Assembly: GCA_021836725.1 (NCBI GenBank)
Contig: JAKBHL010000006.1
Coordinates: forward strand, 21,136 to 85,135
Origin: a bacterium
Lineage (GTDB): Bacteria; Patescibacteriota; Minisyncoccia; Phycocordibacterales; Phycocordibacteraceae
Length of the DNA stretch: 64,000 nucleotides
Reading direction: 5' to 3'
In this document: one piece after another, positions 1 to 7,724 of the stretch
How the letters are laid out: the number at the start of each line of letters is the position of its first letter
Position numbering within the stretch: the first letter of the stretch is position 1
Notes under the pieces: generated by a model
Seen by the model: only the letters and a program-made list of their open reading frames with translations
Told to the model about the DNA's origin: nothing
Database searches by the model: none
Program-made: the position numbers and the translations under genes

Positions 1-1
1 G

Positions 2-247
2 CGCGCCGCTTTTGAAAAGATCGGCGGTTTCCGCGAGGATCTCGTCACGCGCGAGGACGGCGATTTTTTCTACCGGCTCTCGAAGGTCGGCCGCACGTAT
101 TTCGACCCGAAGCTCAAGGTCTACCACGGCGCTCGCCGCGCGCACCGCATCGGCTGGGCGCGGCTGTGGTTCATCTGGACCATAAACACGATCAGCGTGG
201 CGCTTTTCGACAAGGCCATCGCCAACGACTGGACGCCGATCCGTTGA
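2..247 (+). CDS. glycosyltransferase family 2, C-terminal fragment (5' end lies outside the window)
   Basis: Frame-2 translation RAAFEKIGGFREDLVTREDGDFFYRLSKVGRTYFDPKLKVYHGARRAH matches the conserved C-terminal region of GT2 enzymes. Stop TGA at 245-247. Confidence 0.5.
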   Translation, partial: RAAFEKIGGFREDLVTREDGDFFYRLSKVGRTYFDPKLKVYHGARRAHRIGWARLWFIWTINTISVALFDKAIANDWTPIR

Positions 248-397
248 CTCTCGTTTGGCGGCAAACTCCGGGGACGCCCCCTGTTTTCCAATCAACAGCT
301 TGCGTTCAAGCGAGGGAATCATTACGCCTACTTGACTTTTTTGGTTATTTTGATATGCTTTACCTCGGACCAACCAAACCTCAGAAGGAGGTAACCC

Positions 398-1009
398 GTG
401 TTCTCTGCAACGTTCCTGAAGGTTTTCGCCGCGGGCGAGGCGCTCGTCGTATTGCAAGCTCTGTTTTCCTGGTTCGACGGCATGCTTACTCCGACACAAA
501 TGCGTGCGTCCGGCTACGATAAAGGCCTGCCGTTCCTTGGTCACGGCGGCATGTGGAGCGACGTCGTCATCGTCTCTCCGCTTATCGCGGCGGCTGTTGC
601 GCTTTATGGTGCGACGTGGTCGCCGGATCACATTGTCGTGGCGGTTTTCGTCGGGCTCGTCTGTAGCATCCTCATGCACCTGACATATCTTGGCGCTAAG
701 TACCCTGAAGCGCACGTGCAGTTCGGTGAACTGACGACCGCAGGCATGGTACATGTCTTCTATATGGCCGTAGCGTTCGCCGTGCTTTTCTTGCTGTACT
801 TTGGCACTGTCCCTTTGCCGGCGTCATGGTTTCTGTGGATGACATCTGTGCTCCTCGTGATTCATATCGCGGTCGGTACGCACGTCGTCCTCGGTATCGT
901 GAAGCCGACGTGGTACGCGGGAGATCCGCTCCATAGCTGGGGCACATGGATACCCATCGCGGCCGCAGCCGTGTCCACGTTCGGATGGACCGCACACCTC
1001 GTTCTTTGA
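398..1009 (+). CDS. integral membrane protein, function unknown
   Basis: GTG start with AAGGAGG 8 nt upstream. Several hydrophobic helices. A hairpin plus T-run follows the stop. Confidence 0.55.
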   Translation: MFSATFLKVFAAGEALVVLQALFSWFDGMLTPTQMRASGYDKGLPFLGHGGMWSDVVIVSPLIAAAVALYGATWSPDHIVVAVFVGLVCSILMHLTYLGAKYPEAHVQFGELTTAGMVHVFYMAVAFAVLFLLYFGTVPLPASWFLWMTSVLLVIHIAVGTHVVLGIVKPTWYAGDPLHSWGTWIPIAAAAVSTFGWTAHLVL

Positions 1010-1033
1010 CCGGCGGATTGGGACCGCTTTCAG

Positions 1034-1066
1034 CCGCGCGAGCATCGCTCGCGCGGCTTTTTTTCT
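1034..1066 (+). terminator. rho-independent terminator
   Basis: GC-rich hairpin GCCGCGCGAGC/GCTCGCGCGGC followed by TTTTTTT. Confidence 0.6.
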
Positions 1067-1095
1067 TTGCCTTTTTATGCGATTATTGCCTGTGT

Positions 1096-1854
1096 ATGCG
1101 CATCAGCCTTGTTATTCCGGCATACAACGAGGAACAGCGATTACCCGCATGCCTCCGGGCGGTTGAGCGCGAATTGCGTCGTACGTCGTGCGACGCCGAA
1201 GTCATCGTCGTCAACAACGCGAGCACCGACCGCACAGGTGACTTAGCACGAAGTTTCTCGTGGGTGCGCGTGGTCGACGAGCCGAGGAAAGGGCTCGTGC
1301 GCGCCCGGGCCGCAGGGCTTGCCGCCTCCGTCGGCGAGCTCATTGCGAACGTCGATTCCGATACGATGCTGCCGGAGGGCTGGCTCGCCACCGTGCTCGC
1401 GGAGTTTGCGCGGGATGAAAAGCTCGCGGCGCTCAGCGGGCCGTTCATCTATTACGATTTGCCGCTGTTTCAGCGCGCGCTCGTGCGAATCTTTTATTTC
1501 TTCGGGTATCTGTCGCATCTGCTAAACCAGTACGTGTTCCATACGGGCGCGATGCTCCAGGGCGGTAATTTCATCGTGCACAGGACGTATCTCGAGCGCG
1601 CCGGCGGATTCGATACTTCGATCGAGTTTTATGGAGAGGATACCGACGTGGCGCGGCGCATCAGCAAAGTAGGGAAAGTGAAATGGACATTCCGGCTCCC
1701 GATGTACGCTTCCGGCCGCCGGCTCGCGAAAGAGGGCATCGTCACCATGGGCCTGCGCTATGCGGCGAATTATCTGCATACGCTTATGCGCGGCCGCCCG
1801 CTCACCGTGGCCTACACCGATATCCGTGATACCATCACCGTAAAGAAGGATTAG
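1096..1854 (+). CDS. glycosyltransferase family 2
   Basis: MRISLVIPAYNEEQRLPACL...VIVVNNASTDRT with a DSD(T) acidic motif, the classic GT2 N-terminal signature. ATG at 1096 chosen over the longer upstream ORF because the upstream part overlaps the terminator. Confidence 0.8.
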   Translation: MRISLVIPAYNEEQRLPACLRAVERELRRTSCDAEVIVVNNASTDRTGDLARSFSWVRVVDEPRKGLVRARAAGLAASVGELIANVDSDTMLPEGWLATVLAEFARDEKLAALSGPFIYYDLPLFQRALVRIFYFFGYLSHLLNQYVFHTGAMLQGGNFIVHRTYLERAGGFDTSIEFYGEDTDVARRISKVGKVKWTFRLPMYASGRRLAKEGIVTMGLRYAANYLHTLMRGRPLTVAYTDIRDTITVKKD

Positions 1855-1893
1855 TGTTTGCGGAGCGGCGCATTACCAATTCACATTGACGAT

Positions 1894-2283
1894 ATGAAAG
1901 GATTCCTGACGAACATCGAGCAAGCGACGAAAGAGAACACCGATTATCGGCGCGTCCTCTACACCGCCATGCACAGCCAGCTGGTGCTGATGAGTCTTAT
2001 GCCGGGCGAGGAAATAGGCGAAGAAGTGCACCATCTCGATCAATTCATCCGCTTTGAAGCGGGGCAAGGGAAAGTGGTGCTTGACGGCGTCGCACACGAG
2101 GTCAAAGCCGATGATGCGGTGGTGATACCGGAGGGCACGCGGCACAACGTCATCAATACGGGCGCGGGCGATCTGAAGCTCTACACGGTGTATGCGCCGC
2201 CCGAGCACAAGGACGGCACGGTGGAAGCGAGTAAGGCGGACGAGCACGAAGAGCATTTCGACGGAACCACAAGCGAGGGTTAG
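1894..2283 (+). CDS. cupin-domain protein
   Basis: GEEIGEEVHHLDQFIRFEAGQGKVVLDGVAHEVKADDAVVIPEGTRHNVINTG is the two-motif cupin (G(X)5HXH...G(X)5PXG(X)2H-like) pattern. Start taken at MKGF. Confidence 0.65.
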   Translation: MKGFLTNIEQATKENTDYRRVLYTAMHSQLVLMSLMPGEEIGEEVHHLDQFIRFEAGQGKVVLDGVAHEVKADDAVVIPEGTRHNVINTGAGDLKLYTVYAPPEHKDGTVEASKADEHEEHFDGTTSEG

Positions 2284-2300
2284 GAGCGAAAGACGAAATC

Positions 2301-2332
2301 AAAAAACGTCCCGCCGAGGCGGGACGTTTTTC
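2301..2332. terminator. bidirectional rho-independent terminator between the cupin gene and csp
   Basis: AAAAAACGTCCCGCC-GAG-GCGGGACGTTTTT is a perfect hairpin flanked by an A-run and a T-run. Confidence 0.7.
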
Positions 2333-2349
2333 CGCATTGATCCAATCGC

Positions 2350-2559
2350 TTAGATCTTGCTGACGTTGAGCGCGTTCGGGCCTTTCGGGCTGTCGCCGAC
2401 CTCAAACGAGACCTTGTCTCCTTCCTGGAGCTCGTCGAACGAAATGTTCTTGAGCTCGTTGGAATGGAAGAACAGGTCCTTAGAACCATCCGGTGCTCCG
2501 TCGACTTTGATGAAGCCGAAGCCCTTCTCGTTCTTCTTGATCACTGTGCCATTTTGCAT
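2350..2559 (-). CDS. csp: cold-shock protein (CspA family)
   Basis: MQNGTVIKKNEKGFGFIKVDGAPDGSKDLFFHSNEL carries the RNP1-like KGFGFI motif. Length 69 aa. Confidence 0.9.
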   Translation of the reverse strand: MQNGTVIKKNEKGFGFIKVDGAPDGSKDLFFHSNELKNISFDELQEGDKVSFEVGDSPKGPNALNVSKI

Positions 2560-2713
2560 GGTGCAGATAGATAGATTGTGTGACTAAGGTATCAAATCAG
2601 TAGCCGAAGATAGAAGCTCGATCCCACTTCTCTGGATCCAGCGCTGGTTGACGGATGTACAGTAGCAATTCTCCGGTTCGCTGTCAATACGTTGCGGGAT
2701 CGCGGGTGCAAAG

Positions 2714-2866
2714 AATTCATTTCAAAACTCTAGGCGACGCGAGGGGTATGCGGCAGAAAGAGGCTTACGGAGCGCGACGGTGCGAGTACGAGCCGCTTTT
2801 TGAGCACAAAAAGACGGCGTACTCCTTTCTGTCGCATACCCGAGCGGCGGGTTTTGAAACGGGTTC
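2714..2866. repeat. palindromic repeat element, copy 1 (same family as 5447, 10330, 38005, 48383, 60824)
   Basis: Shares the core GGTATGCGGCAGAAAGAGGCTTACGGAGCG...GAGTACGAGCCGCTTTTTGAGCACAAAAAGACGGCGTACTCCTTTCTGTCGCATACC and the outer CATTTCAAAAC/GTTTTGAAA arms. Confidence 0.75.
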
Positions 2867-2924
2867 TAAAACAGGAAACACATGCTACACTGATGCGTAT
2901 CAAACACTATAGACAATCATAGTT

Positions 2925-3626
2925 ATGGACGCATCTGACCAGACCCCCTTTACCTATAGGGATTTTTTGAAGAAAGACAAATTGTATTCGCTCCTCAGCG
3001 CTTTCCTGATGCTTGCCGTCGCATTCGCGTTCGAGCATGTCGCTTCCGTGTATGCGTATGCGTATCTGGCACGCTCCACCTCTGCGCCCGTGGGGGATAT
3101 CCTTCTCGACAATCTTCCGGTCGTCAATCTGAATTTCCTCATCATCGAGGGCGCGCTGATCTCTATCGTCCTCGGGACGCTGTTCGTGTTCTCGAAGCCG
3201 CGCTACATCCTTTTCACCCTCAAAGCCGTGGCGCTCTTTATCGCAACACGGGCCTTTTTCACCTCTCTGACACACGTAGGCATCTACCCGGGCGCCATAA
3301 ATCCCGGCGCAGGATTTTTCGACAGCATTTACATATACCTCGATTTCCAAACCGGCCTCTTTTTCTCAGGCCACACCGGTTTGCCGTTCCTCATGGCCCT
3401 TATTTTCTGGCGCGAGCCGTTCCCGCGCGCCGTGCTGCTGTCGCTTTCTTTCATCTTCGCCGTTGCCGTGCTTTTAGCGCACGTCCACTACTCGATCGAC
3501 GTATTCGCGGCGCCGTTCATGGCCTACGGCATATTTACGATCGCAAAGAAATTCTTCCCGCGCGATTACGCGCTCATCGATCCGGAGCCGCAACGTCCCG
3601 CCCCACTTCCCGCGCCAGCGCTTTAG
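2925..3626 (+). CDS. PAP2-superfamily / sphingomyelin-synthase-like membrane protein
   Basis: Multi-TM protein with FSGHTG (PSGH-like) and HYSIDVF (HxxxD) motifs characteristic of the PAP2/SMS phosphotransferase fold. Confidence 0.55.
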   Translation: MDASDQTPFTYRDFLKKDKLYSLLSAFLMLAVAFAFEHVASVYAYAYLARSTSAPVGDILLDNLPVVNLNFLIIEGALISIVLGTLFVFSKPRYILFTLKAVALFIATRAFFTSLTHVGIYPGAINPGAGFFDSIYIYLDFQTGLFFSGHTGLPFLMALIFWREPFPRAVLLSLSFIFAVAVLLAHVHYSIDVFAAPFMAYGIFTIAKKFFPRDYALIDPEPQRPAPLPAPAL

Positions 3627-3629
3627 CAG

Positions 3630-3660
3630 AAAAAGCTCCCATGCATGGCATGGGAGCTCA
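3630..3660 (-). terminator. terminator hairpin downstream of queC
   Basis: GCTCCCATGC-ATG-GCATGGGAGC hairpin with an A-run on the plus strand, which reads as a T-run for the minus-strand transcript. Confidence 0.5.
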
Positions 3661-3681
3661 TAGTGGTTTGTACGGTGAAAG

Positions 3682-4359
3682 TTACGCGCTGCGCCGGTTT
3701 TCCAATGGGAACAACGCCGCATCTCTCGCGAGGCATTGTCCGCACGCCCCGCAGGGTTGTCCGTCCCTCGGGTCAGAACAGCTGAAAGTCTCGTCCATAC
3801 TAATCCCGTACTCGGGAGCCAGCATGCAGACGATTTGCGGCTTGCTGTACCTGATGAGCGGCAGAATGATCTGCGGGCGTACCTGCGCCTGTAGTTCCGC
3901 GAGGTCTTGATGAAGCGTGATGAGCCGAAACACCTTGCGGCGCTGCGATTCGTCCGGCAGGTCGTCCTTATGGAGCGCCCATGCGACTTTCCCGATGCGG
4001 GCCGTGCACGCGTGCATCAACGCCATGGTAAGCATGATCGATACGCTCATCGGCGCGCCCTGCGTATTGCTGCCCGGGCAGTTATTGATAGACCCGCCAA
4101 ACGACAGACGCAGGTCCGGCGCATGCCGGATCAGCTCGTCGGCCGACGTCAAATCCACCTCGATATGCCGCGTCGCGAATCGCTTCGCAAGGGCTCGGGC
4201 GCACAAGACTTCAGGCATGTTGTTCAGGCGGGATTCCTGCCGGAACGAAAGCGTGGTCACTTCAAATCCTTGTCTCTGAAGCATCGCAAGGCAGACAGCC
4301 GAGTCAATACCGCCAGAGAGCATGAGAAGCGCTTTCTTGAATTGCGTGATATTTTCCAT
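3682..4359 (-). CDS. queC: 7-cyano-7-deazaguanine synthase QueC
   Basis: LSGGIDS PP-loop near the N-terminus and a C-terminal CGxCxxC zinc motif (CGACGQC). GGAGA RBS upstream of the MENITQF start. The longer upstream extension was rejected. Confidence 0.85.
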   Translation of the reverse strand: MENITQFKKALLMLSGGIDSAVCLAMLQRQGFEVTTLSFRQESRLNNMPEVLCARALAKRFATRHIEVDLTSADELIRHAPDLRLSFGGSINNCPGSNTQGAPMSVSIMLTMALMHACTARIGKVAWALHKDDLPDESQRRKVFRLITLHQDLAELQAQVRPQIILPLIRYSKPQIVCMLAPEYGISMDETFSCSDPRDGQPCGACGQCLARDAALFPLENRRSA

Positions 4360-4482
4360 CGATATTCTCCCAAAGAAAAAGAGCAGTGGGGCTTTGCGAC
4401 AGTGCATCCCCACGGGAATGAAAGTACTCCGAGTACAAATAATGTCAATCGCACCCGGAAGGGTTATCCGCGTTGGAACATA

Positions 4483-4520
4483 AAAAACACCCGCGAATTG
4501 ATCGCGGGTGTTTTTGTTTT
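4483..4520. terminator. bidirectional rho-independent terminator
   Basis: AAAAAACACCCGCG-AATTGAT-CGCGGGTGTTTTTGTTTT, immediately 3' of the minus-strand gene ending at 4530. Confidence 0.65.
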
Positions 4521-4529
4521 ATGAACGGA

Positions 4530-5339
4530 TTAATTCCCCTCAGAATGAGGTGTCGTCGTGGAAGACCACGTAGGACCGGTCGATCCTTCGCTATTCTGTA
4601 CGCAGGTACCGCCCTCATCGACAATCGGACCAAGCTGGCAGTGGAGCCCTTCGGCGCACTGCGGCGCATTCTGGATAAAGCCGCCGCAGTGTGCGCCTAC
4701 GCCCACTTTCGCGTGCTCTCCTCCGCTCACGTCACCGGTCGAAGAGGCCGTGGAGTCGGAAGACGAAGAAGAGGAATCTCCCATCTCGCATTCCACCTCC
4801 AATTCCTTGTTTATATCTTCACGGGTCAGCGGCCCGACATTCCCGTAGCCCGTGGATTCGGAATCGCCCGAGGAAACGATGCCCTGAGCGGCCTGCCAGC
4901 GCTGTACCGCCGCCAACGTCGACGAGCCGAAGTAACCGGTGACGGCGTCTTCGGGGTAGATGCTCTTATTTTTTCCGAGGAACGCTTGCAGACGGGACAC
5001 TTCGCCTTCCGTGGTCCGATCGGTGGACCCGATACTCATGTTAGTCGAGAGCAGAGCGCAATTACCATTGCCGCTTGAGGTCGGCGTAGTGCCGCTTGAA
5101 GGATTCGAGCCGTTTGATGTCGAGGTTTGCGTCGAAGTCGCCGTATTTTCGAGCGCCGCCTGCACGTTTGCGATCGTCGCCGTATCGGCGCCGAATGCCT
5201 GCAGGAGGTTGAGTATGGCCTGGATCTGAACCGTGCTCAGAGGCGCGGCCTGGGCAAGAGAAGCGCCACCCAAAACGCTGACGACGAACGCCGCGCCGGT
5301 CACTAGGGAAAGAAAACGATGATTTCTAAAGAAGTGCAT
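4530..5339 (-). CDS. secreted protein with a PG_binding_1-like peptidoglycan-binding domain and Ser/Thr-rich linkers
   Basis: Signal-peptide-like N-terminus (MHFFRNHRFLSLVTGAAFVVSVLGGASLAQA). TGYFGSSTLAAVQRWQAAQGIV matches the peptidoglycan-binding repeat. Long S/T/G-rich low-complexity tracts. Cys-rich C-terminus. Confidence 0.6.
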   Translation of the reverse strand: MHFFRNHRFLSLVTGAAFVVSVLGGASLAQAAPLSTVQIQAILNLLQAFGADTATIANVQAALENTATSTQTSTSNGSNPSSGTTPTSSGNGNCALLSTNMSIGSTDRTTEGEVSRLQAFLGKNKSIYPEDAVTGYFGSSTLAAVQRWQAAQGIVSSGDSESTGYGNVGPLTREDINKELEVECEMGDSSSSSSDSTASSTGDVSGGEHAKVGVGAHCGGFIQNAPQCAEGLHCQLGPIVDEGGTCVQNSEGSTGPTWSSTTTPHSEGN

Positions 5340-5446
5340 TGTTACGTAAGCTAGCCAGTAATAACTTAAGAGGCCCATTCATGGTAGCACGGCACGGGAA
5401 CCCCCGAAGGGCTTTTGGGGGAAAACTCCTCTAGCCCAATGACACT

Positions 5447-5604
5447 AGAACCCATTTCAAAACCCCACTCCCCGCGAGAGGTATGCGGCAGAAAGAGGCT
5501 TACGGAGCGCGACGGCGCGAGTACGAGCCGCTTTTTGAGCACAAAAAGACGGCGTACTCCTTTCTGTCGCATACCCGAGAGCGGGGGTTTTGAAATGGGT
5601 TCTA
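5447..5604. repeat. palindromic repeat element, copy 2 (best preserved; perfect 21-bp terminal inverted repeats TAGAACCCATTTCAAAACCCC / GGGGTTTTGAAATGGGTTCTA)
   Basis: About 158 bp with an imperfect internal palindrome. ORFs called inside it on both strands are judged spurious. Confidence 0.8.
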
Positions 5605-5718
5605 GCTCTTCGGTAGTGCATTTGTGTTTCTACACACACGTGGTATAACCCCTAACGGCCAGTCAAAGATTTTTGGCGGCCAGGGTACTTCTTTCACTTT
5701 GTTCCTGTGAGGTGAATT

Positions 5719-5892
5719 ATGAGCACGAATAAAAAACCGAAGTCAGACCCTTCCTCCGGACCCTACGCGGCGATCCGCGCCATGAATAAAGAAGCGGTGC
5801 AAACCTTCCTCAAGGGAGAGAGCACCGATCCCGCTCAACTCATCGAGCGGTTTGAAGAGCGAGCGGAACTTGAGAGCAGGGAAGAAGGATAA
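5719..5892 (+). CDS. small hypothetical protein (57 aa)
   Basis: ATG with GAGGTG RBS 6 nt upstream. MSTNKKPKSDPSSGPYAAIRAMNKEAVQTFLKGESTDPAQLIERFEERAELESREEG. A strong terminator follows. It is below the ORF-track length cutoff. Confidence 0.4.
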   Translation: MSTNKKPKSDPSSGPYAAIRAMNKEAVQTFLKGESTDPAQLIERFEERAELESREEG

Positions 5893-5916
5893 CAATAACA
5901 GCGGTTTTCTTCCGTC

Positions 5917-5950
5917 AAAAGGGTACCCACGGGTACCCTTTTTGTTTTTT
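5917..5950 (+). terminator. rho-independent terminator
   Basis: AAAAGGGTACCC-AC-GGGTACCCTTTTTGTTTTTT. Confidence 0.7.
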
Positions 5951-6009
5951 GTTGCCGTTGCGGTATAGTGCTGCCCAGCACGTTCCTTAGACAGACAGAG
6001 GACACAAAT

Positions 6010-6261
6010 ATGCGACCTGCCACCGTTCTGCAAACACTGCACTGGATGAAAAGAGACAGTCGATTCCAGACATCGACCCTCCTCAAGCTTTTCGATCTGG
6101 CATACTTCTACCAGCACAGGGAGCTGAACGACCTGCGGATAATCCAAGACGCGCGCCGTATGAGGCAGGACGGATATGTACCGCCGTACGTCGTTCTCTT
6201 CCTCCGCAAACGTGTGCATCCGAAAATGCTGATCGTGAATAACGACCGGCGTGATCAATAA
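6010..6261 (+). CDS. hypothetical protein (83 aa)
   Basis: ATG at 6010 preceded by AGAGGA RBS and a TATAGT -10-like box. A terminator follows. Confidence 0.5.
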   Translation: MRPATVLQTLHWMKRDSRFQTSTLLKLFDLAYFYQHRELNDLRIIQDARRMRQDGYVPPYVVLFLRKRVHPKMLIVNNDRRDQ

Positions 6262-6303
6262 CAAAGAGCTGCTGATGCCTCATCAGCAGCTCTTTTCTTT
6301 TTC
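6262..6303 (+). terminator. rho-independent terminator
   Basis: AAGAGCTGCTGATG-CCT-CATCAGCAGCTCTT followed by TTCTTTTTC. Confidence 0.7.
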
Positions 6304-6322
6304 TGTCCCGCAGCATCCGAAT

Positions 6323-7108
6323 CTAACTGCCGACCACGGGGCTCGGTACCGTAAACGGCCGTACCGTACCAATGGCGGTTATGGTAAAGCTACCTTCTAT
6401 ATTTTTATTCCCGCTTATCGCATTGCTGAGACCCGCGACCGACTGGAGCAATGCGCCGCTCTGATCCGCGATGCAAGCCGACATCGGCACGATGGTTTCG
6501 GCGCTCCCATTGGCGTTCACGATGGTCCATACGTGCCCGGCAGTGTTGGCAAAATTACAGGTGCCGTCCTCGCGCAAACGTACCGTCGGGTTTGTCGCCA
6601 TTCCCCAGAATTGTTGTGCAAATCCCGGCAAAGGAGGGGTAGCACTCCCTTGCGAGGCATACCACTTCCCGAGTTTTACGTAGGTATGGGTACCGATATA
6701 CCTTTCTACCCATGGGGTAGTCGTTTCCCAATTGTCCGCACTGTACACATTGCCGGAAATCGTCATTGAGCGCCCTCCGCCATTGGTAACTTGTGTGTAA
6801 CTGTAGTTTGTGAGAGATTCCAACCTGGCAAGCGAAATATTGCCCGGAAGAACCGCGGTGCTCGGCACAATGCCTGAGGATCCGTTTTGCACGCCGATCG
6901 CGCTCGTGCCGGGTTGCACAGCGTTCTGTGCGTTTTTAAGAGCGAGGCCCAGAAAGACGACAAATAAAATACCAAAAATGACCGACAAGGGCTGGCGCAC
7001 TGCCGTCCCAAATCCGGTCCCTCTGCGCATCTGGCTGACGAGCGTCACGATAAGCAACACCACAGATATCGCGCTCGCGGTAAGAAAGGAATAGTGCATG
7101 AATCGCAA
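6323..7108 (-). CDS. membrane-anchored or secreted hypothetical protein
   Basis: N-terminal hydrophobic helix, then a Gly/Ser/Thr/Asn-rich extracytoplasmic-looking region. No recognisable catalytic motif. Confidence 0.45.
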   Translation of the reverse strand: MRFMHYSFLTASAISVVLLIVTLVSQMRRGTGFGTAVRQPLSVIFGILFVVFLGLALKNAQNAVQPGTSAIGVQNGSSGIVPSTAVLPGNISLARLESLTNYSYTQVTNGGGRSMTISGNVYSADNWETTTPWVERYIGTHTYVKLGKWYASQGSATPPLPGFAQQFWGMATNPTVRLREDGTCNFANTAGHVWTIVNANGSAETIVPMSACIADQSGALLQSVAGLSNAISGNKNIEGSFTITAIGTVRPFTVPSPVVGS

Positions 7109-7192
7109 GAAGAATACGGCTAAGTCTCCAGTATATCAAAATCTCATTACTGACGGGTGGCCATAGTGAACAATCCGGAATACTATTGCGGC

Positions 7193-7444
7193 ATGGAGAT
7201 CATCATTTGGGCGGTCCTGGGCGCGCTCGTCGGGTGGGTAGCCACCATGCTTGTTGGAGGCGGAGGAGGATTATTCTGGGATGTCATCGTCGGCATTGCC
7301 GGAGCCGTCATCGGAGGATTTACCATGAACCTGATCGGGTATCACGGTATCGGCGGTCTGAACCTCCTCGTAACGCTTTCGGGCGCGCTCGCGCTTATCG
7401 CCACGGTACGAGCGGTGCGCAAGACGGGAAGCAGACTGAATTGA
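7193..7444 (+). CDS. GlsB/YeaQ/YmgE-family (transglycosylase-associated) small membrane protein
   Basis: MEIIIWAVLGALVGWVATMLVGGGGGLFWDVIVGIAGAVIGGF is the typical Gly-rich two-helix pattern of this family. An alternative GTG start exists at 7157. Confidence 0.6.
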   Translation: MEIIIWAVLGALVGWVATMLVGGGGGLFWDVIVGIAGAVIGGFTMNLIGYHGIGGLNLLVTLSGALALIATVRAVRKTGSRLN

Positions 7445-7458
7445 AGTTGAAATATATA

Positions 7459-7496
7459 AAAGCCCCGCAAGGAACCCTGCTTTTGCGGGGTTTCTT
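7459..7496 (+). terminator. rho-independent terminator
   Basis: CCCCGCAA...TTGCGGGG hairpin followed by TTTCTT. Confidence 0.55.
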
Positions 7497-7724
7497 GCGG
7501 GGCTTGCGTCTGATTGAGTCCCAAAGGGATCTCCAGCATTTTTGGCAAAGATCATGATTTTTGTCGGGAGTGCCACGCCATCCCTTGCGCCTCGACCTCA
7601 CTTTGATCCGTCGCCCGCATTCGCACCATTTGCTCATGGGAGCCTCCCAAGGAAGTATCCGTTTAGAACATACAACTTTCACTGCGGTAGTCAAACTCTC
7701 GCGCCCGGGCCGCCGCTCGCGTAA

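Noticed and set aside
2655-2912. ORFs called inside the palindromic repeat elements (for example 2655-2912, 5415-5648, 5457-5639, 10252-10473, 10256-10534, 48389-48583)
   Set aside because: The same pseudo-protein sequences (for example VCGRKRLTERD..STSRFLSTKRRRTPFCRIPE) appear on both strands of different copies because the element is a palindrome. They have no start or RBS context. They are artefacts of the repeat.
4360-4482. Possible preQ1 riboswitch in the queC 5' leader
   Set aside because: The leader (reverse strand of 4360-4482) lacks the short P1 hairpin with the UUCUAGCUAC-like loop and the A-rich tail of preQ1-I, and shows no preQ1-II pattern. The only strong hairpin there is the terminator of the neighbouring gene.
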